From IMG/VR virus record IMGVR_UViG_3300031673_005827: a stretch of DNA of 19,099 bases; one strand, 5' to 3'. This document shows, piece by piece, positions 1 through 8,738 of this stretch. The stretch's first letter is position 1; each line of letters begins with the position of its first letter. The notes beneath the pieces are model-generated. The model was not told the origin of the DNA and ran no database searches. It saw nothing but the letters and a program-made list of their open reading frames with translations. Source of the stretch: a virus. A program made the translations under genes and the position numbers.

Positions 1-1485
1 GAGACCACCGAGGGCATCCGAGAGGTCTGCTACAACGGGGCGGAGTCGTGCCGCGTTGAGTTGGAGCTTCCATTCGTCACGATCGCGAGGTCGCAGAAGG
101 CGGATGGTACTAGCAACGAGATCACGATCGATGGTGGCCCGCGCACGCTGGCGGATTCCAAAGCGTACCTCGCGCAGGTCTTCCCACCGAAGGAGATCTT
201 CTGCTCGACGTTGATCCTTGGCCAGGGGGTGGCCGAGCGCCTGTCCTCCTGGACACCAGGCAACCGAGCCCAGCAGCTCTCTGAGTTGCTCGGGCTCGAA
301 CGTTGGAAGCAGGCTCGCTCTACGCTTGCCCAGGAGCGCAGGAAGCGCACCGGCGAGCTGCAGCAGCTACAAGGGTCCGCCAACACCCTGCGCAATCAGT
401 TGACGCAGCTCAGGGCAACACAGGCCCAAGTGCGTAGGCCGAGGGCCACGATCGTGGCGGAGATGACCACGGCCCAGCAGCAGGAGCAGGCGAGGAGCCA
501 GCAACTCGGCGCGGCCAACTCAAAGGTTCAGGGTGAGTCGACTCGCATAGGCCAGGCCATGGCTAACAAGAACAATACTGAGCGCCAGATTGCACAGCAG
601 AGGTCCTCGCTCCAGAGCATGACTGCGTGTCCGACCTGCAAGAGGCCCTACTCGAAGCAGGCGATTGAGTCTGCCCAGAAGACAGCGGCGAACGCGATCA
701 AGAAGCTCACGGCCGAGAACACTGAGTGTGCTCGGGTCATAGCGTCGAGCACCCTGGCCGATCTGAAAGCTGTGTCTGACAAGCTGCTTGCCGAGATCCA
801 GCACTACCGCATGCAGCTGCAGCAGCTTACTGGTGAGCTGGCCCAAGTAGACGCGGCTACAGAGCAAGTTACCTCGATCGAGCTACAGCTCACCCAGGTT
901 GAGACAGCAGTGGCGCAGACGACAGGCGAGGTTGCTGAGTTGGATCTGCTAGACGCTGCCTTCGCCGAGATCCCAATACGGAAGATGGGGTCGGTGCTGG
1001 ATGCAGTGAACACGAAGCTCGTCGAGATGTGCAACGATGTTTGGGAATCCGAGTTCCTGGCGCAGCTATGCACCGATCGCGAGCTGAAGAAGGGCACGAC
1101 CAAGGCCGAGATCAACCTGCTTGTGCAGAGCCGGGCCGGGCAGTACAAGAAGTCCTCGGTCGGTCAGCGAAGGAAGATCGACCTGAGTATCCAGGCCGCT
1201 CTGCGTGAGGTGCTTATGGGGACCTGGCCGAACCCGGTGCCGATCCTAGTCTGCGACGACGTTGTCGACGTACTTGATCCATGGGCGAAGCGTCGTCTCT
1301 ACAAGAACTATCTGTTGCCGACTGCTCAGGGCTCGGCTGTCTTCGTAATGAGCCCACAAGGAGAGTACCCGGTGCCGGTACGGCGGAAGATCGTTGTCAA
1401 TTACACCGAGAGCCAGGGCTCGTGGATAGGTGCATACAACGAGCCGGAACCAACGAAGCCAATGGTGGTTTTCAATGGGGCGTAG
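1..1485 (+). CDS. SbcC/Rad50/SMC-family coiled-coil ATPase, C-terminal portion. The gene is 5'-truncated by the window edge, since the frame is open from nt 1.
   Basis: The reading frame has no stop from nt 1. A long Q/A/L-rich coiled coil is interrupted by a CxxC zinc-hook-like motif (MTACPTCKRPY, nt ~628-639). An ABC-type signature-like segment (SVGQRRKIDLSIQAAL) and a Walker-B/D-loop-like segment (PILVCDDVVDVLD) lie near the C-terminus. GC3 is high. Confidence 0.6.
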   Translation, partial: ETTEGIREVCYNGAESCRVELELPFVTIARSQKADGTSNEITIDGGPRTLADSKAYLAQVFPPKEIFCSTLILGQGVAERLSSWTPGNRAQQLSELLGLERWKQARSTLAQERRKRTGELQQLQGSANTLRNQLTQLRATQAQVRRPRATIVAEMTTAQQQEQARSQQLGAANSKVQGESTRIGQAMANKNNTERQIAQQRSSLQSMTACPTCKRPYSKQAIESAQKTAANAIKKLTAENTECARVIASSTLADLKAVSDKLLAEIQHYRMQLQQLTGELAQVDAATEQVTSIELQLTQVETAVAQTTGEVAELDLLDAAFAEIPIRKMGSVLDAVNTKLVEMCNDVWESEFLAQLCTDRELKKGTTKAEINLLVQSRAGQYKKSSVGQRRKIDLSIQAALREVLMGTWPNPVPILVCDDVVDVLDPWAKRRLYKNYLLPTAQGSAVFVMSPQGEYPVPVRRKIVVNYTESQGSWIGAYNEPEPTKPMVVFNGA

Positions 1486-2125
1486 CGACTACAAGATGAA
1501 GGCGTTCCACGCGTACTGTGAGTATGCCGCTGGCAACGAGACGAGCATGCCCGAGGATCGGTGGGTTGCGATCTGGTCGGTGATCAAGCACTACGTCACT
1601 GCGGTCATCAAGGGTAAGGACTACAACTGTTCCGAGTTCGATCTCGATGACCACCTGGCCGAGCTGCAGTTGGAGCTATGGTCGAGGCTGTCCCAGCGGA
1701 AGATCCCTTGTGACAGTCCAAGTCTCTTTGTGGGGTCGGTGCGGGTTGTGACACAACAATTCCTGATCGGCAACCATCGGAAGACACAGGCCGAAGAGCG
1801 CTCGCGGGACAAGTACGCCGAGAGCACCGAGCCCGGGCAGGAGCCGAATCTGCACGGCAAGTTGTGGGCCGCGCATCTGGCGGGTTGGCACAAGGATGTG
1901 ATCGCGGAGAAGATGGCAGGACGTGCACGCTTCGACGTCGTGGACTTCGACCTGTGCCGTAACTACGTGGAGCTTGAATGCCGGAACGCAGACTCCAGGA
2001 CGATAGAAGAGATGATCATCGAGACGGGTTACTGGGACCCGGGCTTCATGTACACCTACCTGACTATACTCTACCGTTGGGTCTACTACGACGTGACCTA
2101 CGGACCAGAAGCATTGGTGGCATAA
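1475..2125 (+). CDS. Hypothetical protein that may be a region-2-only sigma-like factor. The start is uncertain: ATG 1475 overlaps the upstream stop, and ATG 1496 is the alternative.
   Basis: High GC3. The segment DLDDHLAELQLELWSRL...PSLFVGSVRVVTQQFLIGNHRKTQ resembles ECF sigma regions 2.1-2.4 (D-L-v-Q-E...W, then an R/N-rich helix). No region-4 HTH is present. The stop TAA at 2123-2125 overlaps the next start (TAATG). Confidence 0.5.
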   Translation: MGRSDYKMKAFHAYCEYAAGNETSMPEDRWVAIWSVIKHYVTAVIKGKDYNCSEFDLDDHLAELQLELWSRLSQRKIPCDSPSLFVGSVRVVTQQFLIGNHRKTQAEERSRDKYAESTEPGQEPNLHGKLWAAHLAGWHKDVIAEKMAGRARFDVVDFDLCRNYVELECRNADSRTIEEMIIETGYWDPGFMYTYLTILYRWVYYDVTYGPEALVA

Positions 2126-2526
2126 TGGGCATGCACATACCAAACGAGGTGTTTGAGATCTTCCACCGCAACAGGGAGCGGTTCGTCACTGCCCTGCACG
2201 CGGCGGTGTTGTTGGAGTGCCCGTTCGACGCGCTGCCGGAGATCTTCGACATCTTCGGAGACGACGCGCTGAAATTTGTCGAGATCTTTTCCGGTCGCAC
2301 AGTCGCGGTGCCGTCTGTTCGTGATCTCGTAACGAAGCTGAAGCAGGTGTCGGTATACACGGCAATGGGCAGCTGCGAGGGTGACAAAGAGAAGATCGAG
2401 CGGGTGGTAGAGCAGGTTGCGACCAGGCTGGGGATGCGCAAGACCGAAGTCCGACAGACCTACATCAACATGAAGAGCCTCATGGACAGCCTGGCTATGG
2501 AACTGAGACCACGCTCTGATGGCTAA
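2125..2526 (+). CDS. Mor/C-family (phage Mu middle/late activator-like) small HTH transcriptional activator. It could alternatively be a sigma region-4-like module.
   Basis: It is 133 aa from the ATG at 2125, which overlaps the upstream stop. The core GRTVAVPSVRDLVTKLKQVSVYTAMG matches the Mor-family G-x-x-V-Y-I-P...R-x-x-I pattern. The C-terminal HTH EKIERVVEQVATRLGMRKTEVRQTYINMKSL matches the Mor family or sigma region 4.2. Confidence 0.45.
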   Translation: MGMHIPNEVFEIFHRNRERFVTALHAAVLLECPFDALPEIFDIFGDDALKFVEIFSGRTVAVPSVRDLVTKLKQVSVYTAMGSCEGDKEKIERVVEQVATRLGMRKTEVRQTYINMKSLMDSLAMELRPRSDG

Positions 2527-3466
2527 GATGAAGAAGGCTGCAACCAAGAAGAAGAAGAAGAAGGCTGCCAAGAAGAAGGCGGCAACGCGGCGTGAGCTTT
2601 GGTTTGAGCAGAAGGCGAAGAAGAGGAAGCAGCCCGATGCCAAGATCTTGAAGCAGCTCGGTGTGCGTACCTGCTGGCTGTGCCACAAACACCTCAACGG
2701 CATAGCTGAATTCGAGAAGCACCTGAGCGAGGATCACGAGACGACGCTGCGTGAGTACGACAAGATGTATCCCGGCCAGTCGTTCTTCATCCCGTTCGAT
2801 AAGCGGGTCACTGGGGATCAGATCTACCGTGCGTACATGTACCGCATGACGAACGGACGCTGGCCTGATTGGTTCGACGGTAACCAGCAGATAGAGATCG
2901 ACAGCGCGGACCCTTCGTTGCTGCGTGCGGCGGCGAATATGCTGCTGACGTACCAGATGCACAGGATCGGTCCGATCATGGAGGCAAGCGCTGTAGCGTC
3001 ACGCAGGATGTTCGAGCTGGCTGACGCATCGGAACTCAACTACGACGATCTGTGGGACTTCATGGGGCACGCCAATGCCCACATCAAGGACGCGACCAAC
3101 GCGATACGATTACTTGCTGAGGTTGTGGAGAAGGCGACGCCCAAGCCGCCCAAAGGTGACGGCGGTACCGTGCGCATGGGTTTCGTAGCAGCTGGCACCA
3201 TCGAGTCTGGTGACAGCACCGACACCGAGGCGCGGAGGCAGGTTGAACAGCGGAGGCATCACCTGACCGCTTCGGTCAGTGAGTTCACCCAAGCCATGCA
3301 GGGATTCCTGTCCGGCGGCCCTGAGAACGGGCCGGACATACCGTCGAAGGTCGAGCGGGAAGTAGCAGTGGAGCAGATCAATGTTAAGGCCCGAGGTCGA
3401 CAGGCCGGTAGTGGGGAAGAAGAGAAATCTCCTCCAGCTGGCACTGACGGCTCACATAAACGGTGA
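2519..3466 (+). CDS. Lysine-rich DNA-binding protein with a C2H2-type zinc-finger pattern. By position it is a candidate terminase small subunit or DNA-packaging accessory protein.
   Basis: The N-terminus MAKMKKAATKKKKKKAAKKKAATRR is histone-H1/AT-hook-like and lysine-rich. The motif CWLCHKHLNGIAEFEKHLSEDH fits C-x2-C-x12-H-x4-H. GC3 is high over most of the ORF but degrades in the last ~25 codons, where the terminase frame takes over. It lies immediately upstream of, and overlaps, the terminase large subunit gene. Confidence 0.55.
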   Translation: MAKMKKAATKKKKKKAAKKKAATRRELWFEQKAKKRKQPDAKILKQLGVRTCWLCHKHLNGIAEFEKHLSEDHETTLREYDKMYPGQSFFIPFDKRVTGDQIYRAYMYRMTNGRWPDWFDGNQQIEIDSADPSLLRAAANMLLTYQMHRIGPIMEASAVASRRMFELADASELNYDDLWDFMGHANAHIKDATNAIRLLAEVVEKATPKPPKGDGGTVRMGFVAAGTIESGDSTDTEARRQVEQRRHHLTASVSEFTQAMQGFLSGGPENGPDIPSKVEREVAVEQINVKARGRQAGSGEEEKSPPAGTDGSHKR

Positions 3467-6398
3467 CGACGAGTTTGTCGCCGGTCTCGACCCGGATCTC
3501 CGCAGAGAGATTCTGAAGGTCTATTCATCCTTCGACGAGGTTGCGAACCTTGTCAGGGCAGAAGACTTCCAGCACCTCCGCGACTCGATTCCTCGTATCG
3601 TTGACGAGCTGATGCTTGATGGCTGGAGCGAGACTGCGGCTGGGATTGTCACACAGGACTACAAGGACATCCCGGTCACACCACGCCAGTTTCTCACTGA
3701 CCCATACTACGCGGGCCGCTTCGGTGAGGGTCTCTACCCAGTCAACTTCCGGGATGCGTGCTGGCTGCTCAACCCGAAGAACCGAGTCTTCGAGGTCGTC
3801 CTCACGGGCTCCACAAGGTGGGGCAAAGACCAGCCACTGACCTCAGAACTGATTACTTCTGGCGGCCTGAAGAAGATGGGAGACATCACTACCAACGATC
3901 TGGCAGCTGGCAGGGATGGCTACTTCTACCCTGTGACCGGTGTCTACCCACAGGGTGTTCGTGACGTCTACACTGTGACGTTCTCTGATGGACAGACGGT
4001 TCGGTGCGGCGCAGAACATCTCTGGTCTGTCTTCACGAAGTCTGACAAGCACTATAGGCGACCCCTGAGAACGAAGACTCTTCGGGAGATTTCATCAGAC
4101 CTGCACTATAGGGACGGCTCTAATAAGTGGTTCGTTCCAGTGGCTAACCCGATACAGTGGCCGGAACGACAACTTCCGCTCCACCCATACCTGGTGGGTG
4201 TGTTGATCGGTGATGGCGGTCTCACACAGAACACGCCAATATTGACGACCTCTGATAGGGAACTTCTGCATTGGGTGGAGGCTCTCTTACCTCCTGGTGT
4301 TCAGGCAAACCACAAAGATCGGTACGATTACTCGCTCTCCTCTGGCACGCGTGGTGGCAAGTCTAATCCGTTGATGCAAGCCCTCAAGTCACTCGACATG
4401 TGCCACCCAGCGCACGAGAAGCGATTACCGAAGGACTACCTCTATGGCAGCGTACAGCAACGGGCGTATTTGTTGCAGGGTCTCATGGATACTGAAAACG
4501 GTTCTGTTGAGCACAGCAACAACAAGCTGGAGTATTCGACTGCGTCGCCACGTCTTGCTGCCGATGTGCGTTTCCTGGTCGAAAGTCTTGGCGGTGTTTG
4601 CAGATATCTTGTTGGTCCTACGGCCGGTCGAGATCGGTATAGGCTGAGGCTGGCACTCCCATCATGGCTCTGCCCATTCCAGCTCACTAGAAAGAAGAAC
4701 CACTACAGGCCGAGGGCTCGATACGCTCCAAGTAGGGCCATTGTATCAGTTGAATACTCCGGTGCGGAAGAGACCCAGTGCATCTCAACGTCCGCGCCAG
4801 GTGGTCTCTATCTGACAGACCATTGTGTAGTCACACATAACACCACCCTGGCTACGATCATGGCCGGGTACCGGATCTATCTACTCTCGTTGCTGAGGGA
4901 CCCACAGGGATTCTTTGGTCTGATGCGTGGATCGAGCATCCGGTACGGCATCTTCAATATCTTCAAGTACAAGACCGGCGACATGCACTCGCGTATCCAG
5001 GCGATCATCGACGAGTGCCCGTACTTCGTGGAGAAGTTCCCTCGGCTGAGTGGCGAGCGCAGCAAGGAGCTGATCCTTCCGGACCATGTGTCGATCGTTG
5101 AGGGCGCCACCGAGCTTCACGCACTGGGTGAAACATTCATCGGCGGTATTCTCGACGAGGTCAACTTCATGCGCTCGGCTAAGGGCCGAAGCAGGGCGCA
5201 TGCAGAGGAATCGCTGGGTCAGGCGCAGAAGCTGTACGGCGCGATCCGAGGACGCCTCCGCAACCAGTTCGTAGCCAGCCCTGGCTCGGCCGCGCCATAC
5301 TTCATGTGCCTGCTCTCGCAGCGACGCGCCCAGACTGACTTCCTCGAAGAGCACATTACGAAGCACGGCCACGAGGACGGTGTCGCGGTAATTTCTCGTG
5401 CCATATGGGACGTTCAGCCCGAGGGCACATACAAGAGCGGAAGGACGTTCCGGGTCTTCTGTGGCGACGACACTGCGGAGCCTCGTATTCTCGTGGAGGG
5501 CGAGGACGAGGCTGACCAGGTAGACGAGGCCAATGTGATCACGGCCCCGTTGGAGCACAAGCCCGACGCCGAAAACAACATCGAAGACTTCATCCGCAAT
5601 ATCGCTGGGCGTGCGACGGTTGCGGCGAGCGGGTTGTTCCACAGGCCGGAAGTCATATACAACAACTACGACGAGAACTTGGTTCACCCGTTCAAGACCC
5701 AGTTCATGGTGATCTCGACGAACTCGCCTGTCCGCATTCAGGACGCTGTGCGCGAGGACATCATGTTCGAGACACACCTCAACCACTATCGGCCGAGGCT
5801 GCACCCAGAGGCTGGGCGCGTCATGCATATCGACCTTGCGGTGACCGGCTGCTCAGTGGGAATCGCGTGCGTGCACATGTGGACACCGCCACAGGGAGGC
5901 ATGCCGCTCACCTACCTGGACTTCGCATTCCGGATCGATCCGCCTCCGTACGGCCGGGGCGAAGTGGACTTCGACAAGATCATCGAATTCGTTGAGTACC
6001 TCCACCGGAACCATTACACGTTCCAGATGGTCTCCCTGGACAAGTACCAGTCAAGGCACTTCGTACAGAAGCTCCACAAGATGGGCATCGAGGCTGATTT
6101 TGTGAGTGTCGACGAATCGGATGATCCGTATATAAACTTGAAGGGTGTCTACGAGTCCGGGATAATCAGGACGTACCCGTACGAACCGCTCGAAACTGAG
6201 CTGAGGCACCTGTCGCACGACATAACGGCGAAGAAGGTCTTCAAGCCGCTCAGTGGGTCCAAGGACGTGAGCGACGCTCTGTGTGGGGCAGTCTACGGTC
6301 TGATCCCACCGAGGAAGAGGGCCAACAAGTTGGAGATGCAGCAACGGCTACCGGTCGGGGGACTACCGCAGGCACCGGCAATTTTGGTGGGAGGTTGA
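3381..6398 (+). CDS. terL: Terminase large subunit (ATPase plus nuclease) interrupted by an intein in the Walker A P-loop.
   Basis: The extein junction reconstructs a Walker A motif, GSTRWGK|TTLATIMAGY; compare T4 gp17 SRQLGKTTVVAIF. The Walker B motif is GGILDEVNF. The C-terminal region has RNaseH-like nuclease acidic motifs (HIDLAVTG...). A GGAG ribosome-binding site lies 9 nt upstream of the ATG. An in-frame alternative start exists at the ATG at 3612. Confidence 0.8.
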   Translation: MLRPEVDRPVVGKKRNLLQLALTAHINGDDEFVAGLDPDLRREILKVYSSFDEVANLVRAEDFQHLRDSIPRIVDELMLDGWSETAAGIVTQDYKDIPVTPRQFLTDPYYAGRFGEGLYPVNFRDACWLLNPKNRVFEVVLTGSTRWGKDQPLTSELITSGGLKKMGDITTNDLAAGRDGYFYPVTGVYPQGVRDVYTVTFSDGQTVRCGAEHLWSVFTKSDKHYRRPLRTKTLREISSDLHYRDGSNKWFVPVANPIQWPERQLPLHPYLVGVLIGDGGLTQNTPILTTSDRELLHWVEALLPPGVQANHKDRYDYSLSSGTRGGKSNPLMQALKSLDMCHPAHEKRLPKDYLYGSVQQRAYLLQGLMDTENGSVEHSNNKLEYSTASPRLAADVRFLVESLGGVCRYLVGPTAGRDRYRLRLALPSWLCPFQLTRKKNHYRPRARYAPSRAIVSVEYSGAEETQCISTSAPGGLYLTDHCVVTHNTTLATIMAGYRIYLLSLLRDPQGFFGLMRGSSIRYGIFNIFKYKTGDMHSRIQAIIDECPYFVEKFPRLSGERSKELILPDHVSIVEGATELHALGETFIGGILDEVNFMRSAKGRSRAHAEESLGQAQKLYGAIRGRLRNQFVASPGSAAPYFMCLLSQRRAQTDFLEEHITKHGHEDGVAVISRAIWDVQPEGTYKSGRTFRVFCGDDTAEPRILVEGEDEADQVDEANVITAPLEHKPDAENNIEDFIRNIAGRATVAASGLFHRPEVIYNNYDENLVHPFKTQFMVISTNSPVRIQDAVREDIMFETHLNHYRPRLHPEAGRVMHIDLAVTGCSVGIACVHMWTPPQGGMPLTYLDFAFRIDPPPYGRGEVDFDKIIEFVEYLHRNHYTFQMVSLDKYQSRHFVQKLHKMGIEADFVSVDESDDPYINLKGVYESGIIRTYPYEPLETELRHLSHDITAKKVFKPLSGSKDVSDALCGAVYGLIPPRKRANKLEMQQRLPVGGLPQAPAILVGG
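3828..4841 (+). mobile_element. Intein of 338 aa (D150-N487 of TerL) carrying a LAGLIDADG homing-endonuclease domain. It shows a class-3 splicing signature: no Cys/Ser/Thr at position 1 (Asp), Trp at block B:12 (CGAEHLW), Cys at block F:4 (ETQCIST) and Thr at block G:5 (VVTHN|T).
   Basis: It ends ...HCVVTHN immediately before the Thr that completes the GK[T] of the P-loop. Two LAGLIDADG motifs are present: LVGVLIGDGGL (aa 271-281) and YLLQGLMDTENGS (aa 363-375). A block-B-like segment, DGQTVRCGAEHLW, is present. The insert has visibly lower GC and GC3 than the flanking extein, with many A/T-ending codons between ~4100 and 4800. Confidence 0.8.
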
Positions 6399-6401
6399 TA
6401 G

Positions 6402-8258
6402 ATGGCGCAGGCACCGCAGGTGGTCAACGAAGAGATGCGACCCAGGCAAGGCTTTGGGACCCGTATCTACAACTTCATCCGAGGCGTCCTCTATGGAGCG
6501 CCCAAACCCTACATGCGACGACGGGACACCTCGGGGAAGGCTGCCGCGCCGTCGCTCGCGTCTGGCGAAGAAGGCCAGAACATGTACTCGTTCTACGGCG
6601 AGCGCATGCGTCTGGGCAAGACGAGGATGGAGATCTACGACGAGGTCGATGTCATGGACTCGGACGATCTCCCGTCGGCCGTGCTCGACACGTATACCGA
6701 GGACGCAATCCAGATCGACCCGGCAACGAACCGCATGCTCTGGGTGGAGGACTGCAACGAAGAGATCCGCCAGATCTGCGAGGAGTGCATCGAGACCACT
6801 CAGCTCGAAGAGTACGCGCCACTGGTCGGCAGAGGCCTCGGCAAATATGGCGACTTCCCTGTCGAACTCTTCTGGGAGCCCGGTACCGGCATTAGCATGC
6901 TGCGCTACCACCACCCGAAGCGGTTCCGCAGGTTTGAGGACTACGACACCGGAACGCTGCTCGGCTTCTACCTCGGCGAGACTGCTGGTGGTTCCTCGGA
7001 GCCGAACAAGCAGCCGTGGGAGATCGTGCACTTCAGGATCTTTGGATCGCTCTCGGCCATGTACGGCACCACGTTGCTCGTGTCATCTCGCAGGCCGTAC
7101 CGCAGGTTGCGCATGGCCGAAGACGCCGACGTCGTCTACATCCTTCAGCGCCATGCTGACCGCGACGTCTACTACGTCGACTGCACTGGCCTCACTGACG
7201 AGGAGACCTCGGACTACGTCGAGCGCTTCACGACGACGCTCAAGAAGACGAAGTACTACGACCCGAGCAGCGGCCAGCTCCGCGAGGACTGGAACCCGTG
7301 GACGGCGAACGAGGACCTCGTGATCCCTCAGGTGCAGGGACGCGAGACGAAGATCGAACGACTCAAGGGTTCGAGCAACGCGAATGAAGCTACGAACCTG
7401 CACTACTACCTGGCGCGGTATCACGCGTCGGTCCGCATCCCGCCCAGCTTCTTTGGCTACAACATCGAGGGCTCGACACCGTATGACCCCAGCCGGAGAC
7501 TCACACAGCAGGACAGTCGATACGTCCGCATCCCACAGAAGCTGCAGCGGTACTTCCTGCTTGGTGTTCACCGTGTCCTCCAGCTGAACCTGGCGTTTAG
7601 GGGGATCGACCCCCGAGATCCGGACAACCAGTTCACCCTGGCTATGGCGCCGGTCTCGTTCCTCGAAGAGCTGCACCGTCAGCAGCTGATCGAGATCCGC
7701 ATTGACATCATCGATCGCCTGCTCAACCTCGGACAACAAGTCAACTTCGACATGCAGATCTGGATCAAGTACGTGCTCAAGCAGTACGGACACCTGTCCG
7801 ACAGGCTGATCGACGAGTTGATCCTGCCGGGTGCTCCACAGCAACAAGGTGGCGAGCCTGGTGCGCCGCCAGCGCCGCCTCCTGAGATGCCACCGCCGGG
7901 CGATGTCAGTGCCGCCGGTCCGGGGCTGCCTCCGCCGCCGCCTCCGGCCGAAGGACCCTCGGGAGCACCAGGAGCAGAGTTCGAGAAGCTCCGGCCCGAG
8001 CTACGGCCATTGCTCATGGAGTTGGTCACGCGGCTCGGCCGGGTCAACCAGATGATGGAGTCACGCAAGGTCAAGCCTTCCGATGCGAAGCACTTCTTCG
8101 TGAAGGACCTTCGTGAGGACTGGTTCGGGAGGGAAGGCGACGAGGAAGAGGGTTCGGCTATTCCGAGCAAGGACACCAGCGGAGAGCTGTACAAGACTGA
8201 GGACCACCTCGATCTGGCGATGACCATCGACGAGACGAAGGACGAGAATGAATCATAG
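6402..8258 (+). CDS. Putative portal protein. The call rests on position immediately downstream of terL and on size. It has a proline-rich low-complexity segment near the C-terminus.
   Basis: The ORF is 618 aa with high GC3 and starts 4 nt after the terL stop. A proline-rich segment reads PGAPPAPPPEMPPPGDVSAAGPGLPPPPPPAEGPSGAPG. I see no motif that confirms the family without a search. Confidence 0.4.
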   Translation: MAQAPQVVNEEMRPRQGFGTRIYNFIRGVLYGAPKPYMRRRDTSGKAAAPSLASGEEGQNMYSFYGERMRLGKTRMEIYDEVDVMDSDDLPSAVLDTYTEDAIQIDPATNRMLWVEDCNEEIRQICEECIETTQLEEYAPLVGRGLGKYGDFPVELFWEPGTGISMLRYHHPKRFRRFEDYDTGTLLGFYLGETAGGSSEPNKQPWEIVHFRIFGSLSAMYGTTLLVSSRRPYRRLRMAEDADVVYILQRHADRDVYYVDCTGLTDEETSDYVERFTTTLKKTKYYDPSSGQLREDWNPWTANEDLVIPQVQGRETKIERLKGSSNANEATNLHYYLARYHASVRIPPSFFGYNIEGSTPYDPSRRLTQQDSRYVRIPQKLQRYFLLGVHRVLQLNLAFRGIDPRDPDNQFTLAMAPVSFLEELHRQQLIEIRIDIIDRLLNLGQQVNFDMQIWIKYVLKQYGHLSDRLIDELILPGAPQQQGGEPGAPPAPPPEMPPPGDVSAAGPGLPPPPPPAEGPSGAPGAEFEKLRPELRPLLMELVTRLGRVNQMMESRKVKPSDAKHFFVKDLREDWFGREGDEEEGSAIPSKDTSGELYKTEDHLDLAMTIDETKDENES

Positions 8259-8727
8259 GGAGTTGGTCGAGACCGTGGCCGCCCGTTGCGGCGCCCGGCC
8301 CGCCGATATTCATAGAGTCATGCGTGAGCTGGTCTCCGAGGTCCAGCGTCAGCTCGTGCTCGGAGAAGCGGTTTGTGTTACAGGCCTTGGACGCTTCCGG
8401 TGTCTCTCGACGCGATCGCAGCGCGGTGTGTCGAACCTACCCGGGCTCAAGGGCAAGTACGTCTTGCCCCGAGCGAAGAAGCGGATCAAGTTCGTGCAGT
8501 CGGTCAAGGCCACGCGAGAGATTTCGAGCAACGACATTGTGTCAGCGTTCGTGAGTGGTGCACACCTGGTCAGTGAGAAAGCGAGGAAGATTCCTATGGC
8601 CAAAAAGAAGGGGAAGCACATCACGGTTGATGTGCCTCGTGAGGTTGAGTCGGTCACGATCAATGTGGTCGACCAGCAGCCCAAGAAGAAGGGCGAGTCG
8701 TCGAGCAAGAGTCGCCTGCTCGGCTAG
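8248..8727 (+). CDS. HU/IHF-family (bacterial histone-like) DNA-binding protein with a lysine-rich C-terminal extension.
   Basis: The N-terminus MNHRELVETVAARCG...VLGEAVCVTGLGRFRCLSTRSQRGVSNLPGLKGKYVLPRAKKRIKF matches the HU fold signature (MN..EL...vA, GE.V.L.GFG.F, R.GRNP.TG). The C-terminal tail is MAKKKGKHITV...QQPKKKGESSSKSR. Its ATG overlaps the upstream stop (ATGA). Confidence 0.8.
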   Translation: MNHRELVETVAARCGARPADIHRVMRELVSEVQRQLVLGEAVCVTGLGRFRCLSTRSQRGVSNLPGLKGKYVLPRAKKRIKFVQSVKATREISSNDIVSAFVSGAHLVSEKARKIPMAKKKGKHITVDVPREVESVTINVVDQQPKKKGESSSKSRLLG

Positions 8728-8738
8728 AAGGGTCGGTC

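Noticed and set aside
1978-2124. N-terminal 49 codons of the listed 1978-2526 ORF
   Set aside because: This stretch overlaps the better-supported 1475-2125 gene and translates to an Arg/Asp-rich artefact. The real start is the ATG at 2125 (TAATG) or the ATG at 2131.
4881-5828. 315-aa ORF on the minus strand inside terL
   Set aside because: It is antisense to a well-supported gene. Its translation is Arg/Val/Leu-rich, as is typical of high-GC antisense frames, and there is no ribosome-binding site.
6454-7323. 289-aa ORF on the + strand, Ser/Thr/Arg-rich
   Set aside because: It is an alternative frame of the portal gene. The low-complexity S/T/R-rich translation is the typical out-of-frame reading of GC-rich coding DNA.
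7083-7847. 254-aa minus-strand ORF inside the putative portal gene
   Set aside because: It is an antisense artefact. The sense frame has clearly higher GC3.
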